A stretch of 63,726 nucleotides of DNA, filler included, from Lama guanicoe (taxonomy: Eukaryota), in the NCBI GenBank assembly GCA_013239625.1. It is 202 parts of 202 records of this genome, joined end to end, with 100 filler letters (N's around TTAATTAATTAA, not from the genome) between each part and the next. Parts side by side here need not be neighbours in the genome. Positions count along the whole stretch, not along the records: positions 1 to 216 come from PNXV01038478.1; positions 317 to 532 come from PNXV01038479.1; positions 633 to 848 come from PNXV01038480.1; positions 949 to 1,164 come from PNXV01038481.1; positions 1,265 to 1,480 come from PNXV01038482.1; positions 1,581 to 1,796 come from PNXV01038483.1; positions 1,897 to 2,112 come from PNXV01038484.1; positions 2,213 to 2,428 come from PNXV01038485.1; 194 more parts are not named here. One strand, written 5' to 3'. The translations under genes were made by a program, and so were the position numbers. Shown piece after piece: positions 1-12,322 of this stretch (position 1 is its first letter; each line of letters opens with the position of its first letter). Below the pieces are notes generated by a model. That model worked only from the letters and a program-made list of their open reading frames with translations, had not been told where the DNA came from and ran no database searches.

Positions 1-216
1 GTAAATAGAGGGTTTAACATTTCAGGATTTCAGAAACACTTTGTTACACAGTTCCCTGCCACGAAGCCAGCCCCCACGGTGGCCCAAGACCATGTGACCC
101 GCTGACATACAAGAATCTGTTTGACTGGACGTTCCAAATGCCAGCTGAGGAACTGACGCTGAAAGGCGTCTACTCGATGCTAATGTGACCTGCGTTTCCT
201 TGGTGATGACCCTTGA

Positions 217-316
217 NNNNNNNNNNNNNNNNNNNNNNNNNNNNNNNNNNNNNNNNNNNNTTAATTAATTAANNNNNNNNNNNNNNNNNNNNNNNNNNNN
301 NNNNNNNNNNNNNNNN
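217..316. other. Synthetic 100-nt spacer N44-TTAATTAATTAA-N44 (first of 201 copies)
   Basis: N at 217-260, TTAATTAATTAA at 261-272, N at 273-316. The palindromic 12-mer has TAA in all six frames and is invariant throughout the window. Confidence 0.99.
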
Positions 317-2648
317 AGCATCTGAACTGATTTCGAATTTGGTACAGGGAAATAAGGGCTGATAGAAACAGATACTGAAAGTTGAACTAACTGAACTAAC
401 GAAACAGGGCAAAGGATGGTAAGGACTCCTCTCTTCCCTCAACAATGGAAGCTGGCGATCGTTGTGAGTAAAAGCGCTGTGAGTCTGTGATCACTGCCCA
501 CTGGGACTCAGAGTTTGTGTCTACTGACCCTGNNNNNNNNNNNNNNNNNNNNNNNNNNNNNNNNNNNNNNNNNNNNTTAATTAATTAANNNNNNNNNNNN
601 NNNNNNNNNNNNNNNNNNNNNNNNNNNNNNNNCCATTGTAAGTGTTATCACAATCCTTACAACAGAATTGATTGTTGTGGGATCACTGTAGAGGATGGAT
701 TAACTGCCTAAATACCTATCTTTTTTTCCCCTCGTTAAACATGCTCTTGAGAAAAGTTGCAGACAATAGGGTAAATAACTATTTGTCCCAGTGCAGTCGG
801 GACCTTTCCATCGTAAAAGAGATTAAATACAAAACTACATTTGCAATANNNNNNNNNNNNNNNNNNNNNNNNNNNNNNNNNNNNNNNNNNNNTTAATTAA
901 TTAANNNNNNNNNNNNNNNNNNNNNNNNNNNNNNNNNNNNNNNNNNNNTTTTTTTTGTTAATTATAATTCTGTAGGTGTCAGCTATGAACTCCTCCACTT
1001 GGAGTTCCATAGCAGTAACAGGCATTTATTTAAGTGCCATATTTTAATTTCTTCTAAAAGTTGATGTTCATAGAGATACAAGTGAATGTGCAAACATACA
1101 TTCCACTCCTGACCCCCCAAATTTCTTTATTTTATACATAAGTGTTATTGAGAACATAGGTTGGNNNNNNNNNNNNNNNNNNNNNNNNNNNNNNNNNNNN
1201 NNNNNNNNTTAATTAATTAANNNNNNNNNNNNNNNNNNNNNNNNNNNNNNNNNNNNNNNNNNNNAAATATTTAATGACTGCTATGGCACAAAAACCAATC
1301 AGAACTGAAACCACGGGTTAGTCTGTATTGATCCACACGAGGTGACTCTTAGAATTCCCTTTTAAATGGCTAAAAAAAATAAACATGATAGAAAAGATAG
1401 ACTGAAAGAAATCACAAGCCAAAGAGAAGATTTTAGAGTATGGTAAACTAATTTCAGCAACGTGAAATGTAAAGGGAAAGNNNNNNNNNNNNNNNNNNNN
1501 NNNNNNNNNNNNNNNNNNNNNNNNTTAATTAATTAANNNNNNNNNNNNNNNNNNNNNNNNNNNNNNNNNNNNNNNNNNNNATGCCTCTAATAAGAAAGCC
1601 CTCTACTAGCCACATAGTTGGTGATACAATTACCCCGATAAGAGGTGATTTTTCTCTTCCATCATCAATGTCATTTAGAACACCAAAACAAATTGCAGTG
1701 GATCAACTTGTTGTTTTAAATCAGTTGATCACTGTCCACGAGCACTCTTAAAGCAGCTACACTGTAGCAAATCGCCGTGTTGTGAACTTCATTACANNNN
1801 NNNNNNNNNNNNNNNNNNNNNNNNNNNNNNNNNNNNNNNNTTAATTAATTAANNNNNNNNNNNNNNNNNNNNNNNNNNNNNNNNNNNNNNNNNNNNAAAA
1901 ACATTAATGCAGGAGGCAGCGGAGGGATGGGGGCAGGGTGGGGGTGGGCATCCTGCATGCCCACCAGCCCAGTGGCCCCTCAGCTTTGTTTTGGAGGCCT
2001 CGGGGTCCCGAGGCTCCGTACCCCTCAAGCCTTCCCTCTCAGGCCCTCCGAGCTAGAGCTGAGCTGCTCACGACAGAGGCAGCTCATTATTTTGCTGCAG
2101 TTGACTTGAAATNNNNNNNNNNNNNNNNNNNNNNNNNNNNNNNNNNNNNNNNNNNNTTAATTAATTAANNNNNNNNNNNNNNNNNNNNNNNNNNNNNNNN
2201 NNNNNNNNNNNNGCAGGCTGAGATGCAGTGCATTCAGACCCATCACTGCCCACGCCAGCCTCGGCTTGTGACACGACTATTTCCAGCTCCGAGGTTCAAA
2301 GCTTCCACTCTGAGAAATAATGTTGAGAGTAACCCCTAACCCCAACCCCCATGAAGGAGTAGTTGGAAACAGTGAACAGTTTTCCTTATCCAGCTGAGAA
2401 GATGGAACAACTTGAGGTGTTCTTGAAGNNNNNNNNNNNNNNNNNNNNNNNNNNNNNNNNNNNNNNNNNNNNTTAATTAATTAANNNNNNNNNNNNNNNN
2501 NNNNNNNNNNNNNNNNNNNNNNNNNNNNAACGAAACAGTGGCTGTCACAGGCATTTATGACACAAATGATCACAATGTGATACAAGTTAAAGAAGGTGGA
2601 AGGTTAAAAAAAAAATGGAAACATCAAGGAAAAGGTAACACAATAGAG

Positions 2649-2707
2649 TGCTGTGCACCAGGAATTGACACATTGTAGTTGACTATACTTCAATTAAAAA
2701 AAAAAAA
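2649..2707 (+). mobile_element. Short L1 3' end with poly(A) tail
   Basis: TGCTGTGCACCAGGAATTGACACATTGTAGTTGACTATACTTCAATT followed by A12; homologous to the ends at 13100-13170 and 39181-39237. Confidence 0.8.
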
Positions 2708-3160
2708 GTAATGTGGCAACTACTAAAACCCCACTGAAACAGAANNNNNNNNNNNNNNNNNNNNNNNNNNNNNNNNNNNNNNNNNNNNTTAATTAATTAA
2801 NNNNNNNNNNNNNNNNNNNNNNNNNNNNNNNNNNNNNNNNNNNNGGGTCAGGAGACGCGGGCGTGCACACCACCGGAGGCTGCCAGCATTGACGAGGGAC
2901 GGGCCACTGAGCCCGGAACGTCGCGGGCTCTCTCAGAATGACTAAACCGAAAGAGAGAAGGCGGCCGAGGAGCACTTACCTCACGCTTCCGCTTGTGCGA
3001 GGTCCTGGGAGTGCAGCCCAGCTCGCAGGGGAGGAATGCAGACCCGGTGCACTTGGGAACNNNNNNNNNNNNNNNNNNNNNNNNNNNNNNNNNNNNNNNN
3101 NNNNTTAATTAATTAANNNNNNNNNNNNNNNNNNNNNNNNNNNNNNNNNNNNNNNNNNNN

Positions 3161-3376
3161 TGTACTTAATATTTATTACACTTAACACTTTGGTAAATGA
3201 TTAACAAAATCACATTTTATTTATAGGCGATACTGAAGAGAAACATGACTTAATGCCTTTTTTTAAGAAAAAAGAAAATGTAGATAACTTATTGAAGTTG
3301 TGAAAACAGACTATGTAGTTCTCTAGATCAGGGGAAAGGTATTAACGTGATGGTCAGAGGCAGGTTACTGTGTCTG
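3161..3376 (+). repeat. Bubble pair 1, arm A (partner 5371-5586)
   Basis: Same start and end as partner; 5 substitutions at contig positions 50, 89, 120, 137, 167. Confidence 0.97.
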
Positions 3377-4250
3377 NNNNNNNNNNNNNNNNNNNNNNNN
3401 NNNNNNNNNNNNNNNNNNNNTTAATTAATTAANNNNNNNNNNNNNNNNNNNNNNNNNNNNNNNNNNNNNNNNNNNNTTTCCTGTTGGCTTCAGGAGTATC
3501 TTATGCAGTCCAGGAAGTATTCCCTTTTTGGTTCTAGACAGTAATAAGTATCTTTTCCAATTCTGCTCTGTTGGCTTGCCGGTCTTCTTCATTGAGCAGA
3601 GATCTTTAATTTTGATGTAAAAAAAAAATCCATCTTTTGGGGTTTCATTTTAAAAAACCACGACCCACCACACACAGGTCATAAAGATACTCNNNNNNNN
3701 NNNNNNNNNNNNNNNNNNNNNNNNNNNNNNNNNNNNTTAATTAATTAANNNNNNNNNNNNNNNNNNNNNNNNNNNNNNNNNNNNNNNNNNNNCTACTCTT
3801 CCATTTCTAATCCTGCTCTTAACTTCCCTATCCCTAAGCTACTGCCATGGTCCTTGCTCAGATTTCTGACTATTCTCTCCTCCATATGTGAGTTCCATCC
3901 AGCAGTCCCTCTGCCAACCATACTGCTACTATCTAGTCCCACTCTGCAGAGTTTGTTTGAAGTTTTCTGCCAAAAATGTCTTTCCATAAATGTTTTTGGA
4001 TCTATAAANNNNNNNNNNNNNNNNNNNNNNNNNNNNNNNNNNNNNNNNNNNNTTAATTAATTAANNNNNNNNNNNNNNNNNNNNNNNNNNNNNNNNNNNN
4101 NNNNNNNNGTTTTCTATTGCAAACTTCCTTTACCTTGAAACAGGCCCCAAGAAACATGGTTAGAAATGAGAGTAACTGTTTGTAGATGTACCTTTGCCCT
4201 TTAGGCTAGTTGAATGTACGCCTCTCCACATATTAAAATCTTGGAACTGA

Positions 4251-4324
4251 GGAAGCCAAGATGGTGGAATAGAAGGATACTCATAGCTCACCCTCTCCCA
4301 CAAATGCACCAAGACTCACATCCA
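4251..4324 (+). mobile_element. L1 5' terminus / start of 5' UTR
   Basis: GGAAGCCAAGATGGTGGAATAGAAGGA...GCTCACCCTCTCCCAC resembles the CAAGATGGCGGA.TAG start (YY1-type motif) of mammalian L1s, with CpG decay. Confidence 0.7.
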
Positions 4325-4557
4325 NNNNNNNNNNNNNNNNNNNNNNNNNNNNNNNNNNNNNNNNNNNNTTAATTAATTAANNNNNNNNNNNNNNNNNNNN
4401 NNNNNNNNNNNNNNNNNNNNNNNNTGTGACTGGACAATGAAGACACAGGTTGCTAAATACTGAATTTTATTTATATTTATATATATGTACAGGCTAATAT
4501 TACGTACATACTCAAATTATAATATATTCTAATTATATATATATATACACATATACA

Positions 4558-4560
<3 letters not shown>

Positions 4561-4592
<32 letters not shown>
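4561..4592. repeat. (AC)16 microsatellite preceded by an (AT)n tract
   Basis: Directly visible; lies in the only 214-nt contig. Confidence 0.97.
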
Positions 4593-4595
<3 letters not shown>

Positions 4596-5370
4596 CTGGC
4601 TTTCTGGGCTGGTATAATTAGTTGCGCTTGAACATAAANNNNNNNNNNNNNNNNNNNNNNNNNNNNNNNNNNNNNNNNNNNNTTAATTAATTAANNNNNN
4701 NNNNNNNNNNNNNNNNNNNNNNNNNNNNNNNNNNNNNNTCTGGATCAGGAGTGAGTTGGGTTTGGTTTGTGGTACAAATTGCACCACGGTCGTGCAAGGG
4801 CAAAGGCATAAAGACATAAAGGCCAGGGAAATTATTCCAGTGGGCAGACATCCAAACATTGAGTTTGATGGAGAAATTTATACCCAGGGAGATATGAGTG
4901 AAGGAAGGATATACAGAAACTCTTAGGCAGTGGCATGTGGTTTAGCCCATCAATNNNNNNNNNNNNNNNNNNNNNNNNNNNNNNNNNNNNNNNNNNNNTT
5001 AATTAATTAANNNNNNNNNNNNNNNNNNNNNNNNNNNNNNNNNNNNNNNNNNNNAACAGACATCACGAAGGGCTTACTGTGTGTTCCAAGTGCTGGCTCC
5101 TGGAGTTCTGCCTTGCATAAATATACATAAAAATGTATCTTTCACAAAACTGGGATCACGCTGTGCGGCTCTATTAGCTTCTATTTTCACTTGTCAATAT
5201 GTGGTGAGTACTTTAATGTATCGTTAAGCATTCTTGTCACATTTATGAAGAAATTCAGGGTCTCGTTTTANNNNNNNNNNNNNNNNNNNNNNNNNNNNNN
5301 NNNNNNNNNNNNNNTTAATTAATTAANNNNNNNNNNNNNNNNNNNNNNNNNNNNNNNNNNNNNNNNNNNN

Positions 5371-5586
5371 TGTACTTAATATTTATTACACTTAACACTT
5401 TGGTAAATGATTAACAAAACCACATTTTATTTATAGGCGATACTGAAGAGAAACATGAGTTAATGCCTTTTTTTAAGAAAAAAGAAAATTTAGATAACTT
5501 ATTGAACTTGTGAAAACAGACTATGTAGTTCTCTAGCTCAGGGGAAAGGTATTAACGTGATGGTCAGAGGCAGGTTACTGTGTCTG
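5371..5586 (+). repeat. Bubble pair 1, arm B (partner 3161-3376)
   Basis: 211/216 identical to partner. Confidence 0.97.
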
Positions 5587-6108
5587 NNNNNNNNNNNNNN
5601 NNNNNNNNNNNNNNNNNNNNNNNNNNNNNNTTAATTAATTAANNNNNNNNNNNNNNNNNNNNNNNNNNNNNNNNNNNNNNNNNNNNAGTAAAATGCCTCC
5701 AGAGATTTGGATGTGAACCTTGAAAAATCCTGGAACGGGGTTCATTAGCCTCCTATTCTAGCCAAGTTTTCACTTCTTGCCCTTCACCTACCGTAAGCTT
5801 CAGAGTTTGAAGTAAGAATAAAAGTGCCAAAAGTCAAATATGACAATAAGAACATCGCTTACGTACAGCCTTGCAGGCTGCTTCAGTATTGTTTTAAAAT
5901 GANNNNNNNNNNNNNNNNNNNNNNNNNNNNNNNNNNNNNNNNNNNNTTAATTAATTAANNNNNNNNNNNNNNNNNNNNNNNNNNNNNNNNNNNNNNNNNN
6001 NNCTGTGTACCCATGTGTGGGGTTGTTGGTTTGTAGCACATTAATATACTTAAGTTGATTAACTAAGTGGTGTTGGCTTGTTTTCCAGAGTAGTCACCAC
6101 CCACAGGG

Positions 6109-6184
6109 TGTGTGGGTATCTATCCATCACTGTCAGTAGTTGGTACTGTGTGGGCGTCTATCCATCACCGTCAGTAGTTGGTAC
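6109..6184. repeat. 38-nt tandem duplication (2 copies)
   Basis: TGTGTGGGTATCTATCCATCACTGTCAGTAGTTGGTAC at 6109-6146 and 6147-6184, with 3 mismatches. Confidence 0.93.
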
Positions 6185-7269
6185 TGTGTATCTTCTAAGT
6201 TGTAATGATCTAGTGGGTNNNNNNNNNNNNNNNNNNNNNNNNNNNNNNNNNNNNNNNNNNNNTTAATTAATTAANNNNNNNNNNNNNNNNNNNNNNNNNN
6301 NNNNNNNNNNNNNNNNNNTTTCCAGTAATGCATTCAAACAAAAGTGAGCTTTAAAAATTGTCTGTTTTTAAAACAATATCCCCAAGGCTTTCTGCTAATA
6401 AAGCGTAAACCGATTTCAGAATAAATCTTGCGAGACTATTGAAAAACAAGACAAGGGAAGGATGGGTGCTGAGATGCAGGGCGTCCTGGGCTGGTGACTG
6501 GAGCCTCGGCCTCATCACAAGGCTAGGTGATGGCNNNNNNNNNNNNNNNNNNNNNNNNNNNNNNNNNNNNNNNNNNNNTTAATTAATTAANNNNNNNNNN
6601 NNNNNNNNNNNNNNNNNNNNNNNNNNNNNNNNNNAATACTGATGCAAGGCTGCAGCATCCCCCAAATCCAGTTGTAAGCAAAGCCCTCCTGGAACAGGAA
6701 ACGACTTACACCAAGAATCTGGAAAAAAACTGCAAATGCTGAGTTAGGCAATAGCCCCATAAAGATAGGCATCTCAGGGCCTTATTTTCCTCAACCCAAA
6801 CCCATGCATTTAGCTAATAGTGGTAAGGGGCCCCAATATCGGAGGGAAACNNNNNNNNNNNNNNNNNNNNNNNNNNNNNNNNNNNNNNNNNNNNTTAATT
6901 AATTAANNNNNNNNNNNNNNNNNNNNNNNNNNNNNNNNNNNNNNNNNNNNATGTGCAAATTGAAGTTTTTCCCTCTGCACCTACGAAATTAGGAAATGTG
7001 AAAAAAAGTCTTAACCAAGCAGTGCCAGTCGGGAGATAAAAAACCCAGCAGTTCTGTGCGCTGCTAAGTCACAAGCCAGCAAACCCATGCAGTCTCCTTA
7101 GAAAGGAATTTGCTGACGCACTTAATGGCCCCTGACCTGGGAACCCTATTTCTAAGAACTTTTCCTNNNNNNNNNNNNNNNNNNNNNNNNNNNNNNNNNN
7201 NNNNNNNNNNTTAATTAATTAANNNNNNNNNNNNNNNNNNNNNNNNNNNNNNNNNNNNNNNNNNNNAAA

Positions 7270-7445
7270 AACGGAGGATGAAAACCCAAGTCCACACAGA
7301 AACCCGCACACGGACATTCCCCACAGCTTTATCACAACCACCACCCACAAAAGCACCTTCAGCAGGATAAACCAACGGGGGCCGGTCCACACAGCGGGGT
7401 GACGCTTGGGCCTGAGAAGACACAGAGGAGCCATAGTGCACGTGA
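7270..7445 (+). mobile_element. Old L1 (L1MB/ME-like) ORF2-end remnant, GC-shifted
   Basis: ATGAAAACCCAAGTCCACACAGAAACCCGCACACGGACATTC...GGATAAACCAAC...GTCCACACAGCGG follows the recalled L1 3' consensus order. Confidence 0.55.
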
Positions 7446-8639
7446 CTGAGTCAGCCAGAGAAGCCCAGACTGCGCCTCCAACNNNNNNNNNNNNNNNNNN
7501 NNNNNNNNNNNNNNNNNNNNNNNNNNTTAATTAATTAANNNNNNNNNNNNNNNNNNNNNNNNNNNNNNNNNNNNNNNNNNNNCCCTGTGGTTTCTCATGG
7601 CAAGCACTGCCTCTGTTGTCCGATTTACAAACGATACTAACATGCTGTATTTCCAAAGAAGTAAACACAAACTTGCCACTGAGGACATGGACTCTCTCGT
7701 TCAGGATCCCAGAAATTTTAAGTTTATGTAAGGACTTTGCAAAGGGCCGGCATTACAGTCGATGTCAGATGTTCTCATTAGTAACTCTGAAAGTTAATNN
7801 NNNNNNNNNNNNNNNNNNNNNNNNNNNNNNNNNNNNNNNNNNTTAATTAATTAANNNNNNNNNNNNNNNNNNNNNNNNNNNNNNNNNNNNNNNNNNNNTA
7901 AAGAATACAGATGAAGACTGTAGCCCAGCTTGTCAGGCGTGTGGCTGTGTAAGGTTCTCAGGGTGGAACTGCCAGTGAGAGGAGAGCAAAAGTCTGTAGC
8001 TACTAACTGTGGCCGTCTTAGAGAAGGAGGCGGGCCAGTTAGATATTTATTCCAGGTGGGGCAGGTGAATTTAGGGTGAAGGAGGTGGAAAGGTATTCTG
8101 GTCCTGCTTCAGGTNNNNNNNNNNNNNNNNNNNNNNNNNNNNNNNNNNNNNNNNNNNNTTAATTAATTAANNNNNNNNNNNNNNNNNNNNNNNNNNNNNN
8201 NNNNNNNNNNNNNNTTTCTGATTGTGATATCGTAGACATATGAACGTGCTCCTCTCTGGGAACAGCATGAGAAGAGATCTGGAGTGTGAGCGTGGTCAGG
8301 AAAAGCGGTTTTAGCTCTTTGCTTCACCTTCCTTCACCTTTGCTTCACCTTCAGCAGATTTATCACCTTCCTCAGCACAGAGAGCATGTGACATAAGGGA
8401 GGAGAGAAAAGCCCCCACTTCTGCAGGGCCNNNNNNNNNNNNNNNNNNNNNNNNNNNNNNNNNNNNNNNNNNNNTTAATTAATTAANNNNNNNNNNNNNN
8501 NNNNNNNNNNNNNNNNNNNNNNNNNNNNNNTATCTCACATCCTCACTGAGAAATAGCTGAGTTGTTTTTGATGCTTGTTCCTCTTAATTCCCAAGGGGTG
8601 AGCTAAGTCTCAGAAGCCTTTCAAAGTCTATCTGCAGTA

Positions 8640-8746
8640 TTTAGAAATAAAAATAAAGGATACCAGGTTAATTTTGAATTTCAGATTAAAAAACAAATAT
8701 TTTTGGTATAAGTATGTTATATATTTTTATCTGAATATCCTATCCT
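8640..8746. mobile_element. MER53-like hAT MITE remnant
   Basis: AAATAAAAATAAAGGATACCAGGTTAATTTTGAATTTCAGAT...GTATAAGTATGT matches the recalled MER53 arm; only a trace of the second arm remains. Confidence 0.65.
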
Positions 8747-9162
8747 NNNNNNNNNNNNNNNNNNNNNNNNNNNNNNNNNNNNNNNNNNNNTTAATTAATT
8801 AANNNNNNNNNNNNNNNNNNNNNNNNNNNNNNNNNNNNNNNNNNNNATGTCAACAACAACAAAAGAGAAGTTTGAAAGATAAACTTTGAAAGCTATTGGC
8901 TGATGGTAGTTTGCAGACTGTTACAACACAGAGAAGAGAGGCATAAAGTGGTCCCATTTGGATTAAAAACTCTTGATTTGAAGAGATGAAAGCTAAAACT
9001 TGTAAAATAATGGCAAACACTGAGAGAAGCACTCAGTAACATCGAATCCACGTGGGCAAGTCNNNNNNNNNNNNNNNNNNNNNNNNNNNNNNNNNNNNNN
9101 NNNNNNTTAATTAATTAANNNNNNNNNNNNNNNNNNNNNNNNNNNNNNNNNNNNNNNNNNNN

Positions 9163-9290
9163 TTCTCATAATAACCCTGTGAGGTGAGCATTATTTTACC
9201 ATTTTGTTGATTCGGAAACTGACATTCATGACAACTTGTTCAAGACCCGGGCCAGCAAAAGGCAGACTCCAGGTTCAGGTCCGGATTTCC
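9163..9290 (-). mobile_element. MIR SINE fragment
   Basis: CTCATAATAACCCTGTGAGGT...CCATTTT...GGAAACTGA, the reverse MIR core. Confidence 0.75.
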
Positions 9291-9869
9291 GAGTGAGTGG
9301 TTCAGAGCCATTTCTCCTTCACTAGACTAACAGGGGGACAATCGTCTCTGCTTTGGTGAAAAACACATTAAGGGAGGGNNNNNNNNNNNNNNNNNNNNNN
9401 NNNNNNNNNNNNNNNNNNNNNNTTAATTAATTAANNNNNNNNNNNNNNNNNNNNNNNNNNNNNNNNNNNNNNNNNNNNTTTAAAAGTATTCTTACACAAA
9501 ATTTATGAATTCAGAATTTTATTTTGTCCCAATTTTAATTAGCTATAACTTGACTAGTATAAGCCAGACCTTATTAGTTTATAATAACAAGAAAATTGAT
9601 GGATTGGGTAAAGGCAGTCTCAGGTAGCTGATGCACTGGACGTGACTTCAGATTCCAGTCCCATTCCTGTATGTACTGAAATCATCAACTTTGCNNNNNN
9701 NNNNNNNNNNNNNNNNNNNNNNNNNNNNNNNNNNNNNNTTAATTAATTAANNNNNNNNNNNNNNNNNNNNNNNNNNNNNNNNNNNNNNNNNNNNAGTCTT
9801 CCCCACGCCCCATTCCATGGCTGCGGCAGTCCTTGTAGGCAAACGGCACTGTGTTCAAAGCACCTGCAC

Positions 9870-10010
9870 AAGCACCTCCTGTGTGCTCCTCACCAATCTG
9901 AGCAGGGGACAGGAAGGCGTCAGTTCTGCATTTTATAGGACGAGGACACAGCCCTGGAGAGGTGGCTTACCAGGGGTTCGGTGGCTGCAGAGTGCCAGGA
10001 TGGGCTGGAA
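9870..10010 (-). mobile_element. MIR SINE fragment (degenerate)
   Basis: CATTTTATAGGACGAGGACACAG...AGAGGT...CTTACCAGGGGT resembles the reverse MIR core. Confidence 0.55.
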
Positions 10011-10742
10011 NNNNNNNNNNNNNNNNNNNNNNNNNNNNNNNNNNNNNNNNNNNNTTAATTAATTAANNNNNNNNNNNNNNNNNNNNNNNNNNNNNNNNNN
10101 NNNNNNNNNNTGCTCAGCATGCCTATCAGCAGGCATTTACTACATGTTTTGTTAATTGATTCAGGTATTGCTAATCAGTTCACTGATTTACAAGTTAGGA
10201 AAGACAAAGTCAAGTTGCTTAAATCATTTAACAAACAATCTTGTTTCTTAAAAATGTATCACTTTTATTATCATAGCTGTACATATACTGTATACAGATA
10301 TGTTAGTAGTATAGAATCTATTACTANNNNNNNNNNNNNNNNNNNNNNNNNNNNNNNNNNNNNNNNNNNNTTAATTAATTAANNNNNNNNNNNNNNNNNN
10401 NNNNNNNNNNNNNNNNNNNNNNNNNNATAAATACCCGGAATTTGCTCTATAAACTATTTGTTTGTTAGCCCTTTGCTAGTGGTTAAAAAGATTTTAAAAA
10501 AAAAACAAAAACAAAAACAAACACCCACATGGCCCTTGGCCTCCCGAGGCTCACCGTGATGAGTGGCCTGACTTAATGAATGGCTACTGAGCAACAGCAG
10601 TTAAAGATTTCCAGACTGTCCAAAGGCAGCGTGGAGAACCCTNNNNNNNNNNNNNNNNNNNNNNNNNNNNNNNNNNNNNNNNNNNNTTAATTAATTAANN
10701 NNNNNNNNNNNNNNNNNNNNNNNNNNNNNNNNNNNNNNNNNN

Positions 10743-10958
10743 AAGACCCTACATTATGAAGCATAAAAGAGACCCACTTTAGTAAGAGGAACACACATCA
10801 ATTGAAAGCCAGAAAATGGAAAATTATTTTCCATGCAAAAACAAATGACAAGAAAGCAGGACGAGCAGTACTGTCCTCACACAAAATAGACTTTACAATA
10901 AAGGCCATAGAGATAGACAAGCAAGGACATGATATAATGATTAAAGGAACAATAAAAA
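10743..10958 (+). mobile_element. L1 ORF2 endonuclease N-terminal fragment
   Basis: Translates ETHF...LKARKWKIIFHAKTNDKKAGRAVLSSHKIDF...DKQGHDIMIKGTI, typical of the L1 APE-like endonuclease. Confidence 0.93.
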
Positions 10959-11374
10959 NNNNNNNNNNNNNNNNNNNNNNNNNNNNNNNNNNNNNNNNNN
11001 NNTTAATTAATTAANNNNNNNNNNNNNNNNNNNNNNNNNNNNNNNNNNNNNNNNNNNNCCCATCCAGGAGAAGGTCACAGATTCATACCCTTCCTTCTAA
11101 ATATTTTTGGAGTTGTAATATAACTCTATGCTAAAAAACTGTACATTTATTTAAAAAATAGTGATTCTAAGAAAAATATAAAGTCATCGACTTGGCTTTA
11201 AGGTAGTACATGGACATAATAAAGCTTGCAAAGGTGTTATGTAAATAACTAAATTATAGGAAACCCCTTCTTATNNNNNNNNNNNNNNNNNNNNNNNNNN
11301 NNNNNNNNNNNNNNNNNNTTAATTAATTAANNNNNNNNNNNNNNNNNNNNNNNNNNNNNNNNNNNNNNNNNNNN

Positions 11375-11590
11375 ACATTTCTTGAATACTGTGCTGAAAG
11401 TGAAAAACAGAATGGTTGTGTGGCTACAGCATGGCTGTAAGTGTGTTGGTTGTATATCTTTGTGTTCACCTGGCTGACTAGAAGCTGGGGCTCACCCCCT
11501 TGCCCAGCATCGGGAGAGAGGATCACAAACATATCACCGACCTGAGGAAAGACCGAAGTTCAAATCTAAGGTATGGTTTCTACTGAATGC
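11375..11590 (+). mobile_element. Tigger5/MER47-family (TcMar) DNA transposon fragment
   Basis: GAATACTGTGCTGAAAGTGAAAAACAGAATGGTTGT...GTATGGTTTCTACTGAATGC, recalled MER47 motifs. Confidence 0.75.
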
Positions 11591-12322
11591 NNNNNNNNNN
11601 NNNNNNNNNNNNNNNNNNNNNNNNNNNNNNNNNNTTAATTAATTAANNNNNNNNNNNNNNNNNNNNNNNNNNNNNNNNNNNNNNNNNNNNGCCTTTATTT
11701 TTATTTTGATCTATTACAATTAGTTTTCTCTTCTACACTGTGTTGTAAAGATTATTGCTTTGATGTGACCACTTAATAAGTATTAAGTGTCTTGATTCTA
11801 TAAGCTAAAAATTGGTTGTTGTACTTAGTCACAAAGATCCCGATAGCACTCTTATCTTTCCATATAGTTTTAGGAAATTCTGTTACTATGAGCAGGGCCT
11901 GCTGGGNNNNNNNNNNNNNNNNNNNNNNNNNNNNNNNNNNNNNNNNNNNNTTAATTAATTAANNNNNNNNNNNNNNNNNNNNNNNNNNNNNNNNNNNNNN
12001 NNNNNNTTTCTTATTTCATTTTATTTTTTTCCATGGGGGCAAGAGTGCCTCTCTGTCAAAGGACATATTTTAGGCTTTTCTTTTAGTTGCTCAAGAGCCT
12101 GGTGATTTTTTTTTTAAATTATGCATCAAGGAGAAGCTGAACCGTGCACCTAACTGACCTGTCTCCTCCCGTGAACTAGGCTTCAAGGGTAAAGTTGAAT
12201 CCATAACATCTTGGGGGAGGTGNNNNNNNNNNNNNNNNNNNNNNNNNNNNNNNNNNNNNNNNNNNNTTAATTAATTAANNNNNNNNNNNNNNNNNNNNNN
12301 NNNNNNNNNNNNNNNNNNNNNN

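Noticed and set aside
261..272. PacI sites or homeodomain TAAT motifs as biological signals or digest tags
   Set aside because: The motif is separated from real sequence by 44 Ns on each side, and inserts do not start or end with a restriction half-site.
493..520. Possible V(D)J recombination signal (CACTGCC...GAGTTTGTGT)
   Set aside because: Heptamer and nonamer are poor matches and in the wrong relative orientation; no V or J coding sequence is adjacent.
2330..2350. Telomere-like TAACCC repeats
   Set aside because: Only 2-3 imperfect units (TAACCCC); within chance.
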